Shown: positions 38,975 to 48,776, counted from the first letter of the stretch. The stretch is 64,000 nucleotides of DNA from Eubacterium sp. CAG:180 (GCA_963628215.1 CAVGEJ010000002.1:4620-68619); one strand, 5' to 3'. The notes: generated by a model not told the origin, from the letters alone. A program made the numbers and translations.

Positions 38975-41389
38975 ATGTCCTCTTTTATCGAAACCGCTGA
39001 ACAACTCACGCTCCCCGTCGTTGCCCTGCACGGCGCGGTGTGCTATCCGTCCCTGCCCGTCAACTTCGAGGCTTGCGACGACGCCTCCGCCGCGGCTCTG
39101 CGCCAATCGGCGGCAAAGGGCGGAATGCTTTTTCTGGTGTGCACTTCGGAAACCGTTCCCGCAAGCGTCACGCCCGAACTTTCCCAATTCTATAAAGTCG
39201 GAACGGTTGCCCGGGTCAAGCAGATGCTCCGCACGCCCGAGGGCGTGACCCGCGTCATCGCGGAAGGCGTCTCCCGTGCGGTTGTAACCGAATACCGCAA
39301 AAATGCCGATATCATCGAAGCGACTCTGGTCTGCAAAAGCGTTGCGATAGGCGAAAAGAATGCGCGGACGGAAGGCTATGTGCGCGAACTTCTGGACGCA
39401 CTGGACGAAAATCTCAACTACCTCCCCGCAGGCTCTGACGACCTGATGACAACCGCCGAAGGAATCGACGACCCGGGACTTCTTGCCGATTTCATTGCGG
39501 CAGGCGTTCTCTCCTGCCCCGCCGACCGGCAGGCGGTTCTGGAATGCTTCGATCCGATGGTTCGCGCCGAGCGCCTGTTGCTGATTCTCGCGCAGGAATC
39601 CGTGATCCTCGAAGAGGAGTCCCGCCTGCGCCGCAAGGTCAACGCGCGGATGAACCGCAACCAACGCGAGTACTATCTGCGCGAGCAGATCAAAGTCATC
39701 GAGGAGGAACTCGGCGAAGGCTCTGATTACGAGGAGTACACCGCGAAGATCAAAAAAGCGGGACTGCCCGAGGAAGTCGAAAAGAAGCTGACAAAGGAGA
39801 CCGAGCGGCTCTCCAAAGCCCCCTTCGGCTCTGCCGAGGCAACCGTCATCGCCAACTATCTGGACGTCTGCCTTGACATTCCGTGGACAAAAACCACCAA
39901 GGACCGTTTGCAGTTCACCGCCGTGCAGAAGACTCTGGACGCGGATCACTACGGGTTGGAAAAGGTCAAGGAGCGCATTGTCGAATACATCGCCGCCAAG
40001 CAGCAAAGCCCCGAATTGCGCGGACAGATTCTCTGTCTGGTCGGACCTCCCGGAGTCGGAAAGACCTCGGTCGCCGCGTCGGTCGCACGGGCGCTCAACC
40101 GCAAGTACGTCCGCATTTCTCTGGGCGGCGTGCGGGACGAAGCGGATATCCGCGGACACCGCAAGACCTACATCGGTGCAATGCCGGGGCGGATTATCAA
40201 CGCGCTGACGCAGGCGGGTGTGCGCAATCCCCTGATTCTTCTGGACGAAATCGACAAAATGAGCCGCGACGGGCACGGCGACCCGACCTCCGCCATGTTG
40301 GAGGTACTGGACAGCGAGCAGAACAAGAGTTTCCGCGACCACTTCGTCGAGTTGCCTTTCGACCTCTCCGACTGTATGTTTATCGCAACGGCAAACGACC
40401 TCGGCTCGATCCCCCGCCCGCTGATTGACCGGATGGAGATCATCGAACTGGGCATCTACACCAAGCGGGAGAAGCTGGAGATTGCGAAGTCGCACCTGAT
40501 TCCGAAACAGCTGGCGCGGCACAACCTGCAAAAGCGGGTTCTGAAGTTCACCGACGCGGCAATTCTTGAAATCATCGATTATTACACCCACGAGGCGGGC
40601 GTGCGCAATCTGGAACGGACGATTGCAAAGATCTGCCGCAAGGCGATCCGCAAACTTCTTTCCGATCCGGAAATCAGGCACATCATGGTCGACGCCCCCG
40701 ACGTAAAAGACTACCTCGGCGCGCGTAAACTCCTGCCCGAAACGGTGGACAGCGAGGACGAGGTGGGATGCGTCAACGGTCTGGCATATACCGAACTCGG
40801 CGGAACGCTGCTCCGCGTGGAGGTCGCAGTCCCCGAGGGCACGGGCAAGATTGAAACAACCGGTTCGCTCGGAGACGTGATGAAGGAATCGGCGCACATC
40901 GCGGTCAGCTATGTGCGGACGGTTGCAAAGCAATACGGCATTCCGACCGACTTCTATAAAACGAGAGACATTCATATTCACTTCCCCGACGGCGCGACCC
41001 CAAAAGACGGTCCTTCCGCAGGCGTGACGATGGTCACGGCACTGGTCAGCGCCCTTACGGGCAGAGCGGTTCGCCATGACGTTGCCATGACGGGCGAAAT
41101 CAGCCTGCGCGGCAAGGTTCTGCCGATCGGCGGACTGAAGGAAAAGACCATGGCGGCATACTCCGCAGGGGCTAAAACCGTGCTGATTCCCGCCGAAAAT
41201 CTGCGCGATATGGAGGATCTCGATCCGATGGCGCGCGAAGGGTTGGTCTTTGTCCCCTGCCGCACGGCGGAGGAAGTCCTGCAAAACGCGCTGATTCCCG
41301 AATCCGGAGCAGCCAAGGAGACGGTTGCCGCAGGAATTTACGTCCCGACCGCACAGCCCGCTCCGCAGTTGCATTTTTCACAGAATTGA
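38975..41389 (+). CDS. lon: ATP-dependent Lon protease (endopeptidase La)
   Basis: ATG at 38975. LON N-domain, AAA+ Walker A GPPGVGKTS, and protease active site PKDGPSAGVTM. Confidence 0.96.
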   Translation: MSSFIETAEQLTLPVVALHGAVCYPSLPVNFEACDDASAAALRQSAAKGGMLFLVCTSETVPASVTPELSQFYKVGTVARVKQMLRTPEGVTRVIAEGVSRAVVTEYRKNADIIEATLVCKSVAIGEKNARTEGYVRELLDALDENLNYLPAGSDDLMTTAEGIDDPGLLADFIAAGVLSCPADRQAVLECFDPMVRAERLLLILAQESVILEEESRLRRKVNARMNRNQREYYLREQIKVIEEELGEGSDYEEYTAKIKKAGLPEEVEKKLTKETERLSKAPFGSAEATVIANYLDVCLDIPWTKTTKDRLQFTAVQKTLDADHYGLEKVKERIVEYIAAKQQSPELRGQILCLVGPPGVGKTSVAASVARALNRKYVRISLGGVRDEADIRGHRKTYIGAMPGRIINALTQAGVRNPLILLDEIDKMSRDGHGDPTSAMLEVLDSEQNKSFRDHFVELPFDLSDCMFIATANDLGSIPRPLIDRMEIIELGIYTKREKLEIAKSHLIPKQLARHNLQKRVLKFTDAAILEIIDYYTHEAGVRNLERTIAKICRKAIRKLLSDPEIRHIMVDAPDVKDYLGARKLLPETVDSEDEVGCVNGLAYTELGGTLLRVEVAVPEGTGKIETTGSLGDVMKESAHIAVSYVRTVAKQYGIPTDFYKTRDIHIHFPDGATPKDGPSAGVTMVTALVSALTGRAVRHDVAMTGEISLRGKVLPIGGLKEKTMAAYSAGAKTVLIPAENLRDMEDLDPMAREGLVFVPCRTAEEVLQNALIPESGAAKETVAAGIYVPTAQPAPQLHFSQN

Positions 41390-41398
41390 GGAATTCTC

Positions 41399-42007
41399 AT
41401 GTCGATCAACCTCAACAAAACAACCCTGCGCATCAGCGCGGGGACTCCCCGGCAGTTTCCTGCCGATCCGATTCCGCAGGTTGCCTTTTCGGGGCGTTCC
41501 AACGTTGGAAAAAGTTCGCTGATCAACTGCCTGCTCGGGCGCAAATCGCTCGCGCGGGTCAGTTCCGCGCCCGGAAAAACCGTAACCGTCAACTTCTACG
41601 ACCTTGACGGCAAGCTGTTCTTCGTCGATCTGCCGGGTTACGGCTTTGCAAAGCGCCGCCCCGAAGAGAAAGCGCAATGGTCGGCGCTGACCGACGGCTA
41701 TTTTACCAATAACAAAAACGCGGATCTTGTGAAACTGGTGGTTCAGCTTCTCGACAGCCGCGTAGGACCGACAAAAGATGATGAAATGATGCTCGGATAC
41801 CTGCGCGAAACGGGAACTCCGTTCGTGGTGGTCGCAACCAAAGCCGACAAGCTGAACGCAACCGAACGCCGCGCGTCCGAAGCGCTTCTGCACAGCCATC
41901 CCGCGATTCCAACCGATACGCCGATCCTCTTCACCTCCTCCGAAAAAGGAGAAGGCAGAGCAGACCTCTGGCGGTTGATTTCGGATCGAACGGGCGTAAA
42001 ATTGTAA
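41399..42007 (+). CDS. engB: ribosome biogenesis GTPase YsxC/EngB
   Basis: 202 aa. GRSNVGKSSLIN (G1) and DLPGYGFA (G3). Conserved position downstream of lon. Confidence 0.92.
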   Translation: MSINLNKTTLRISAGTPRQFPADPIPQVAFSGRSNVGKSSLINCLLGRKSLARVSSAPGKTVTVNFYDLDGKLFFVDLPGYGFAKRRPEEKAQWSALTDGYFTNNKNADLVKLVVQLLDSRVGPTKDDEMMLGYLRETGTPFVVVATKADKLNATERRASEALLHSHPAIPTDTPILFTSSEKGEGRADLWRLISDRTGVKL

Positions 42008-42042
42008 GCTGTTAATCTTCTCAAACGAAAGGATTCTTGCGA

Positions 42043-42753
42043 ATGCTCTTTTCGATTCTTCACAGCGGCGATCCGCTCTCGGCACTCCTGTCCCTGCTTC
42101 TCACACTCCCCATCATGCTTCTGGCGCTCTCGCTCCACGAGACCGCGCACGGTTGGGTCGCGTGGCGTTGCGGCGACCCCACGGCGCGCAACCTCGGGCG
42201 GCTGACCCTGAACCCCCTGAAGCATCTTGACCCGATGGGTCTGATCTTTCTGATGATCTTCGGTTACGGTTGGGCAAAGCCCGTGCCGATCAACACCCGC
42301 TATTTCCGCAAGCCGAAGCGCGACATGGCGCTGACTGCGGCGGCAGGTCCTGCGGCAAACCTGTTGCTCGGACTGGTCAACGCGGTGCTGTTCGGACTGT
42401 TCTGGGGACTGTACAGTGCGCAAGCCTATCTCGGACTGACGGGAATGTTGCTCACCTTCCTTTCCATTCTGAGCGAGACGTTCTTCTACGCGGCGGCGAT
42501 CAACTTCATGTTCATGCTCTTTAACCTGATTCCGATTCCGCCCTTTGACGGCTCGCGCATCGCGCTGGCGTTCCTGCCCGACCGCATCTATTTCGGCGTC
42601 ATGCGCTACGAGCGGCAGATCATGATCGGGCTTCTGATCGTGATGTTGGTGCTCTCCAATTTCGGCTACTCCCCCATCGGATACGTCGCAACCGAATTGC
42701 CGAATCTGATCGGAAACCCGATCGCACAGGGCATTTTCAATCTGTTAGTCTGA
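42043..42753 (+). CDS. site-2 protease family (peptidase M50) membrane metalloprotease
   Basis: HETAHGW zinc motif, multiple TM helices, NLIPIPPFDGS motif. ATG at 42043 (TTG at 42037 is an alternative). Confidence 0.8.
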   Translation: MLFSILHSGDPLSALLSLLLTLPIMLLALSLHETAHGWVAWRCGDPTARNLGRLTLNPLKHLDPMGLIFLMIFGYGWAKPVPINTRYFRKPKRDMALTAAAGPAANLLLGLVNAVLFGLFWGLYSAQAYLGLTGMLLTFLSILSETFFYAAAINFMFMLFNLIPIPPFDGSRIALAFLPDRIYFGVMRYERQIMIGLLIVMLVLSNFGYSPIGYVATELPNLIGNPIAQGIFNLLV

Positions 42754-42772
42754 TTTTCTCCGAGGTACACAC

Positions 42773-43945
42773 ATGGAAAGCGTCACATACAGACTGGAGC
42801 AGTTCGATTTTGAGGGACCGCTTGATCTCTTGCTCGCGCTGATTCAGAAAAACAAAGTGAATATCACCGACATTCCGATCTCTCTGATCTGTGACCAGTA
42901 CCTCGCTTATATTGAAGCGGCGCAGGATCTGAACATGGAGCTGACGGGCGATTTCATCGTCATGGCAAGCGAGTTGGTTCGCATCAAGAGCAAAATGCTG
43001 CTCCCCCGTCCGCAGGAAGAGGAAAAAGATCCGCGCATGGATCTGCAGGAAGCCCTGCGGCGCTATCAGCAGGCAAAGGAAGCCGCCGAGAAAATGGCGG
43101 AACGTTACAAGATCTACAGCGGGCGGATGGTCAAGGACACCGATGAAGTGACGGTTGACACCACCTATGTTGCCGACCAACAGGTTACAAGCCTGTGTCT
43201 TGCGGTTCGCCGCATCATTGCCGCCAACGAAAGCCGACCGAAGGCGGAAAAAGCGGTTTTCGCACCGATGATCGCAGCGCCGATCGTCCCCGTGGAAATC
43301 AAGATCGTCGGCATTCTCCACCACATGGAGAAGAAAAAAGAAACGAGCATGAAGGAATTGCTCTCGGACGCGGTCTCGCTTCCCGACCTGATTGCCATTT
43401 TCCTCGGCATTCTGGAGCTGGTGAAGGTTCGCAGGATTCTGATCGACGAGGGCGAGTATCTCGACGCGGTGCACGGAACAAACACCTGTTTCTCGGTCAA
43501 CGAAAAAACGCCCGAGGAAGAGGAGGAAGAGCGCAAAAAGCGCCCGTCTCTGGCACTCTCCAAAGATCCGATTCCCCTCTCTTCCAAAGCGGAAATGCAC
43601 CGCGAACAGCGCCGCATCATCCGCGAGCGGAAACTCGAGGAAAAGAAGCGGTTGCGGGCGGAGGAACGCGCCAGACGCGCCGAAGAACGCAGGCTTGCCG
43701 CAGAGGAAGCCACACGGCTCGGAGAGAATGCGGACGATCTGTTGCCGCGCGAGGAAGCGCTCCCCGCCGACGACAGCGACCTTGACGCGGAAGAACGCGT
43801 GGAGGCAATGCTGGAGGATCGCCTTTCCGAAGAGGACGAGGATATGCTCGACGACCTCGGGTTGGATATGAACGAGATTGTCGATCATATGGCAAAGGAA
43901 GCCGTCCGCATGGATCGCGACAAGCATACCGAGGAGGGACAATAA
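42773..43945 (+). CDS. scpA: segregation and condensation protein A with ~140-aa charged C-terminal extension
   Basis: FEGPLDLLLALIQKNKVNITDIPIS N-terminus and ScpA core to about residue 245, then an E/R/K/D-rich tail. Confidence 0.88.
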   Translation: MESVTYRLEQFDFEGPLDLLLALIQKNKVNITDIPISLICDQYLAYIEAAQDLNMELTGDFIVMASELVRIKSKMLLPRPQEEEKDPRMDLQEALRRYQQAKEAAEKMAERYKIYSGRMVKDTDEVTVDTTYVADQQVTSLCLAVRRIIAANESRPKAEKAVFAPMIAAPIVPVEIKIVGILHHMEKKKETSMKELLSDAVSLPDLIAIFLGILELVKVRRILIDEGEYLDAVHGTNTCFSVNEKTPEEEEEERKKRPSLALSKDPIPLSSKAEMHREQRRIIRERKLEEKKRLRAEERARRAEERRLAAEEATRLGENADDLLPREEALPADDSDLDAEERVEAMLEDRLSEEDEDMLDDLGLDMNEIVDHMAKEAVRMDRDKHTEEGQ

Positions 43946-43950
43946 TATAT

Positions 43951-44706
43951 ATGGAAGAAAAAAAGCAGACCGAACCGGTGCTCGAACCGCTCGGCAGCGC
44001 GCAGGAAGTTGAGCAGGCAATCGAAGCCATCCTCTTCGCGGCGGGTCATCCGATGCGCTACGACAAGTTGGCGGAAGTGCTTTCCCTGACGGTCAAGGAC
44101 GTGCGCGCAATGGTGCGGGAGATCGGGAAGAAATTCGAAGCCGAGGACACCTTCCACGGAATTCAGCTTCTGCAATTCCCCACCGCCTGCCAACTGGCAA
44201 CCAAGGAAAAGTACGCCCCCTACATCCGAGAAGCGCTCGGCATCCGCCGGGGCGGAAACCTCTCCGCCTCCACGATGGAAGCCTTGGCGGTGGTCGCCTA
44301 CAATCAGCCCGTAACGCGAACCTTTGTGGACGATGTGCGCGGCGTGGACAGTTCCTATGCGGTCACCTCTCTGATTGACAAGGGCTTGATTGAAGCCGCC
44401 GGGCGACTGGAAGCCCCGGGGCGACCGATGCTCTATGTTACAACCGATAAATTCCTGCGGGTATTCGGAATCAACTCTCTGGACGAGTTGCCGCAGACCG
44501 AAGCGCTCAGCGTTTCGGCGGCGGCGCAAAGTCAGGCGGAAAACGCCGGGCAGATCGAAATGGATCTCGGAAGCGAGACGCTTCCCGACAGCGACGAGCC
44601 GCTTTCCCCCGACGCGCAGGACTACCGCCCCGTTGAGGAAGACGATGACGGCAATGTGATTTTTGAGGACGGAAACGCCGACGGCGACCGTCCGGAAGGA
44701 GCGTGA
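43951..44706 (+). CDS. scpB: segregation and condensation protein B
   Basis: 251 aa. EAILFAAGHPM and two winged-helix repeats (LSASTMEALAVVAYNQPVTR). Confidence 0.9.
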   Translation: MEEKKQTEPVLEPLGSAQEVEQAIEAILFAAGHPMRYDKLAEVLSLTVKDVRAMVREIGKKFEAEDTFHGIQLLQFPTACQLATKEKYAPYIREALGIRRGGNLSASTMEALAVVAYNQPVTRTFVDDVRGVDSSYAVTSLIDKGLIEAAGRLEAPGRPMLYVTTDKFLRVFGINSLDELPQTEALSVSAAAQSQAENAGQIEMDLGSETLPDSDEPLSPDAQDYRPVEEDDDGNVIFEDGNADGDRPEGA

Positions 44707-44710
44707 TGGC

Positions 44711-45463
44711 ATGAGCGGATGGTTGATCGCACTGATTGCGGTCGGCGGTATTCTTCTGTTGCTTCTCCTGCTTCTGCTGTTCGGCATGGCGCGCCTGCGC
44801 GTGACCTGCCGCGAGGACGTATGGGTCAGCCTGCGGATTCTCGGATTGCGTTTCCGCCTGTACCCGCGGGACGACGGATCGGGCGAGCCGAAGCGCTTCT
44901 GCCGGAATCCGAACCGCGCACTGGCGCGCGAGTTGCGGCGACAGCGAAAAGCAATCAAACGGGCAGAGAAAAAGCGGCTGAAGAAGCAGAAAAAAGCGGC
45001 TGAAACCGCGAATCTCCCCAAGCTCAACCTGCCGGAGAATCTTTCGATGATCCTTGCCCTGCTCAAGGACTTCTACCGCGTGGCAAACGGGAAACTCCGT
45101 CTCCGCACTCTGCGGATGCACATTGTGGTAGCAACCGACGACGCGGCGCAGACCGCGCTGATCTGGGGTAGCGTCACCGCAAGCGCGTCTCTTCTCCTGA
45201 ACTGGATGGACGAGCATTTCCTCCCGATCGAGCACTACCGCGGCGAGGTGGACATCCGCCCCGATTTTGCGGGCGGCGACGCGGGCGCGGACATTGATCT
45301 TGTGCTGTCGGTTCGCCTGTGGTCGGCTCTGCGCATCGCAATGGCAATGCGGGGGCGCTACACCGAGGAAAAAGAAAAAGCACAGAAGAAAGCAATTCGT
45401 CGAATCCGGCGCAAAGCCGAACGGAAAGCCAAAAAAGCCAATCAAAAATCATCTCAGATGTGA
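44711..45463 (+). CDS. DUF2953-like membrane protein (YtfI-like, sporulation associated)
   Basis: ATG at 44711. N-terminal TM segment followed by RLRVTCREDVWVSLRILGLRFRLYP. Sits upstream of a ytfJ/gerW homologue, as in Bacillus. Confidence 0.65.
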   Translation: MSGWLIALIAVGGILLLLLLLLLFGMARLRVTCREDVWVSLRILGLRFRLYPRDDGSGEPKRFCRNPNRALARELRRQRKAIKRAEKKRLKKQKKAAETANLPKLNLPENLSMILALLKDFYRVANGKLRLRTLRMHIVVATDDAAQTALIWGSVTASASLLLNWMDEHFLPIEHYRGEVDIRPDFAGGDAGADIDLVLSVRLWSALRIAMAMRGRYTEEKEKAQKKAIRRIRRKAERKAKKANQKSSQM

Positions 45464-45478
45464 AAGGATACAATTATC

Positions 45479-45892
45479 ATGGAAAACGAAAGCTCTATCA
45501 AGCAGATGATCCACAATTCTATGCAGCAGATCCGCGAAATCATGGACGCGGACACCGTAACGGGGCAGCCGATCAAACTTGACAACGGCGTTACCATCAT
45601 CCCCTTCTCCAAAGTCTCGCTCGGTTTCGCTTCGGGCGGACTGGATCTCCCCGCAAAGCAGGAGAAGGTGCGCAAGAACTTCGGCGGCGCGGGCGGAACG
45701 GGCGTGACCGTCAACCCCATCGGCTTCCTTGTCACCTATCCGGACGGCAAAGTGGAAATGCTTCCGGTTACAGGTCCTGAAGAAGTCGGTCCGCTGGAAC
45801 AGATTGCGGAAATTCTCAACCGTGCGCCCGAGGTGGTCGGCAGACTCAAGGAACTGTTTGACGATGTAGACGCCGCGCGCAACGAAAACTGA
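45479..45892 (+). CDS. ytfJ: GerW/YtfJ family sporulation protein
   Basis: 137 aa. VTIIPFSKVSLGFASGG and GGAGGTGVTVNPIGFLV motifs. Confidence 0.85.
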   Translation: MENESSIKQMIHNSMQQIREIMDADTVTGQPIKLDNGVTIIPFSKVSLGFASGGLDLPAKQEKVRKNFGGAGGTGVTVNPIGFLVTYPDGKVEMLPVTGPEEVGPLEQIAEILNRAPEVVGRLKELFDDVDAARNEN

Positions 45893-45913
45893 TTCCGCAA
45901 GACATAAAACGAA

Positions 45914-45957
45914 CTCCGGAAAAATATACATGAATGAATCAGTATGTTTTTCCGGAG
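45914..45957 (+). terminator. 16-bp hairpin plus T-run after ytfJ whose 3' arm contains the SD of the next gene
   Basis: CTCCGGAAAAATATAC (45914-45929) pairs with GTATGTTTTTCCGGAG (45942-45957) with one mismatch, then GTTTTATC and the ATG at 45966. Confidence 0.5.
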
Positions 45958-45965
45958 GTTTTATC

Positions 45966-47141
45966 ATGCGCAAAAAAGTCCTTGCCGTTCTGCTTGTCAT
46001 GACCCTGTCTCTCTCCCTTTTCCCGCTTTCCGCCGCGGCAGAGCCGACGAAAAACGTCAGCCCGCCAACCGTTTCGGCAGAGAGCGCGGTGCTGATGGAT
46101 GCCGAGCATGGGCTTGTGTGCTATGAAAAGGACGCAGACAAGCGACTCCCGATGGCAAGCACAACCAAGATCATGACCGCGCTGACGGCGCTTGCAAACG
46201 CCGAACCGGATCGCGTGATCTGCATACCGCGCGAGGCGGTTGGCGTGGAGGGTTCTTCGGTCTACCTTACCGAGGGCGAGGAACTGACGCTTTGCGACCT
46301 GCTGTATGCCCTGCTGTTGCAATCGGCAAACGACGCCGCGGCGGCAATCGCCATTGACATCGGCGGGAGCATTGCGGGCTTTGCCGACCTCATGAACGCC
46401 GAGGCGGAAAAGCTGGGGCTGACCGACACGCACTTCTGCAACCCGCACGGTCTGGACGACGAGGCACATTACACCACGGCGCGCGAACTGGCAACCGTCA
46501 CCCGCGCGGCGCTTGCCGACCCGCTGATCCGCAAAATCGTGGGAACGGTCAAAGCAACGATCCCGCAGGGCGACGATCCGGACGCGCGCCTGCTCGTCAA
46601 TCACAATCGCCTTCTGCGATCCTACAGCGGCGCAATCGGGGTCAAAACCGGCTTTACCAAACGGAGCGGGCGCTGTCTGGTCTCCGCCGCCGAGCGGAAC
46701 GGGGTCACGCTCATTGCCGTAACGCTGAACGCACCCGACGACTGGCGCGACCATGCCGCCATGCTGGATTACGGATTTTCGCGCTACCGGAACGTCACGC
46801 TCTGCGGCACGGGAGACCGCGCCTGTGACCTGCCCGTTACGGGCGGAACGGCGGATTCGGTTGCCCTGCACTATGCCGCCGACCTGACCGTCGCACTGCC
46901 GATCGGTCACGCGCCGCTGAACTGTACCGTTGAAGCCCCGCACTTTCTCTATGCCCCCGTCCTGCCCGACAGGGAGGTTGGCTATGCCGTGTTCACCTGC
47001 GACCTCGACGGCGACGGCAAGCAGGAGGAAATCGGGCGCGTCCCGCTTGTCACGGGAGAAAAAGCAGACCGCAAACCGTCGCAAAAACGCGGTTTTTTCG
47101 CGTGGCTCTGCGGAATTTTCAAAAGGAACAAACAGGAATGA
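45966..47141 (+). CDS. serine-type D-Ala-D-Ala carboxypeptidase (PBP5/DacB-like)
   Basis: Signal peptide, SxxK motif (ASTTK), SAND (SxN) and KTGFT (KTG) motifs, C-terminal PBP5 domain. Confidence 0.88.
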   Translation: MRKKVLAVLLVMTLSLSLFPLSAAAEPTKNVSPPTVSAESAVLMDAEHGLVCYEKDADKRLPMASTTKIMTALTALANAEPDRVICIPREAVGVEGSSVYLTEGEELTLCDLLYALLLQSANDAAAAIAIDIGGSIAGFADLMNAEAEKLGLTDTHFCNPHGLDDEAHYTTARELATVTRAALADPLIRKIVGTVKATIPQGDDPDARLLVNHNRLLRSYSGAIGVKTGFTKRSGRCLVSAAERNGVTLIAVTLNAPDDWRDHAAMLDYGFSRYRNVTLCGTGDRACDLPVTGGTADSVALHYAADLTVALPIGHAPLNCTVEAPHFLYAPVLPDREVGYAVFTCDLDGDGKQEEIGRVPLVTGEKADRKPSQKRGFFAWLCGIFKRNKQE

Positions 47142-47145
47142 AACC

Positions 47146-47862
47146 ATGACGGAAGCCATCAGACTGCAAAAATATTTTTCGGACTGCGGCGTCCTTTCCC
47201 GTCGCGCCGCCGAGGCGGAAATCCTCGCGGGGCACGTGCGGGTCAACGGATGCCGCGCCGCCCTCGGGGATCGCGTGATTCCCGGAATCGACCGCGTGGA
47301 GTGGAACGGCAAACCCATCCTCCCCCGCGTGGACAAGCCCTACCGCTATATCCTCCTTAATAAACCGCGCGGCTACGTCTGCACGGCAAAGGACGAAAAG
47401 GGACGGCGGAACGTGACCGAACTGGTTCGGATCGCCGATACCCGCCTCTACCCCGTCGGACGGCTCGATATGGATTCGGACGGACTTCTGCTTCTGACCG
47501 ATGACGGCGCGTTCGCCAATCACCTGACCCACCCGCGCCATGAAATCGCCAAACGATACCGCGTGACCGTCTCCCCCGCCCCCACCAACACGCAATTGGA
47601 AGCCCTCCGCGCCCCTATGGTACTGGACGGCTACCGACTGCTTCCCGTCGGCGTGCGCCGCCTTGACAACGCCGTGTTGGAAATGGAACTGCACGAGGGC
47701 AGAAACCGTCAGATCCGACGGATGTGCGAAGCCGTTGGTCTGCGCGTAACCGAACTGACCCGCATTGCCATCGGTTCTCTTACCCTGACAGACCTCCCCA
47801 CCGGAAAGTGGCGCGACCTGACCCCCGAAGAGGTTCAATATTTGGTGCAGGAGAAAGACTGA
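47146..47862 (+). CDS. rluB: pseudouridine synthase (RsuA/RluB family)
   Basis: ATG at 47146. S4 domain (IRLQKYFSDCGVLSRR) and catalytic YPVGRLDMDSDGLLLLTDD. Confidence 0.85.
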   Translation: MTEAIRLQKYFSDCGVLSRRAAEAEILAGHVRVNGCRAALGDRVIPGIDRVEWNGKPILPRVDKPYRYILLNKPRGYVCTAKDEKGRRNVTELVRIADTRLYPVGRLDMDSDGLLLLTDDGAFANHLTHPRHEIAKRYRVTVSPAPTNTQLEALRAPMVLDGYRLLPVGVRRLDNAVLEMELHEGRNRQIRRMCEAVGLRVTELTRIAIGSLTLTDLPTGKWRDLTPEEVQYLVQEKD

Positions 47863-47880
47863 CACTGACGGATTGATTCG

Positions 47881-48295
47881 CTACCATTTCTTTCACCCGA
47901 AACGGAACGACACATGGGTCGTTCCCTACAACATCTCATTCTTAACGGAGTACGCACTCTACAGGGGCGCAATCCGCAGGGAGCGCCCCGCATTCCAATC
48001 CGCCCCCGTTAACAACTAACTTCCTACCATTTCTATCCGGTAGCGGGAGCAAGGCGTAAGCCGTCCCAATCCCGCTGGACGGGATTGGGTGCGGGAGCAG
48101 CCGGAAATAGCAGCACGGCAAACGGCTACGCCAAAATCTGCACAACGTAAAAATAGACACATAAATCCCCTTAGTTGAAGGTCTTGAAGGTTCTTAGGGG
48201 TGGCGGTTGCTTTGCAACCGCCAGTAGCGAAGCGTTACTTCTTCCTTAAGAAGTCCCCTAAGCAGAGCTTGGGACAGAGTCCCAAGGTCTTAAAA
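47881..48295. repeat. hairpin cluster D (long structured intergenic region)
   Basis: Hairpins GGAACGAC-ACAT-GGGTCGTTCC, GGGGCGC...GCGCCCC, CCCAATCCCG-CTGGA-CGGGATTGGG, GGCGGTTGC-TTTG-CAACCGCC, CTTGGGAC-AGAG-TCCCAAG. Direct repeat CTACCATTTCT at 47881 and 48024. Shares a 17-mer with cluster A. Confidence 0.6.
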
Positions 48296-48311
48296 AAGAA
48301 AGGAAGCACCT

Positions 48312-48707
48312 ATGCTGGAAGTATTGCCGATACAAACGAAAGCCGAGCAGGAAGCGCTGTGCGCGAGATGCGGAGTCCCGTTCAAAACCGAAATGCTCGC
48401 CTATCAGGCATTGGTGGACGGCGACCTGCGCGGCATCTGCCAGTTCACCATGGGAGCGGAAGGCGGCAGAATCGTCGACTTCGCCCCCCTCGGAACGCCC
48501 GAATTCGAGCCGCTGTTCGTCATGGGACGAGCCGCTCTGAATTTTATCGACCTTTGCGGCGTCCACCGCGCATTTTTTGACGCGGAATTTGAAAATGAGA
48601 CGCTCATCAAAGCCGTCGGATTTGAGCGAAACGCGCAAGGAAGATGGGAAATGGATCTCACCGATTTCTTCAAAGAGCCCTGCAAGCATTCCAAAGCAAG
48701 CAAATAA
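48312..48707 (+). CDS. hypothetical protein (131 aa)
   Basis: GC-rich third-position codon pattern and AAAGGAAG RBS. No family recognised. Confidence 0.5.
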   Translation: MLEVLPIQTKAEQEALCARCGVPFKTEMLAYQALVDGDLRGICQFTMGAEGGRIVDFAPLGTPEFEPLFVMGRAALNFIDLCGVHRAFFDAEFENETLIKAVGFERNAQGRWEMDLTDFFKEPCKHSKASK

Positions 48708-48776
48708 AGGAAAAATTTGTAAAAAGTGCACATCTTTTCGCCGTTATTTTTGTATACCATTTTTTAGGAAAAGTAC

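Noticed and set aside
38951-41374. 807-aa ORF on the minus strand
   Set aside because: It is antisense to lon, which has unambiguous AAA+ and protease motifs.
47881-48160. Possible 6S RNA or SRP RNA in the rluB-spo0A intergenic region
   Set aside because: There is no extended imperfect end-to-end duplex with a central bubble (6S). The SRP domain IV motif (GGUCCGGAAGGAAGCAGCC-like) is also absent; only a loose AGCAGCCGGAAA resemblance exists.
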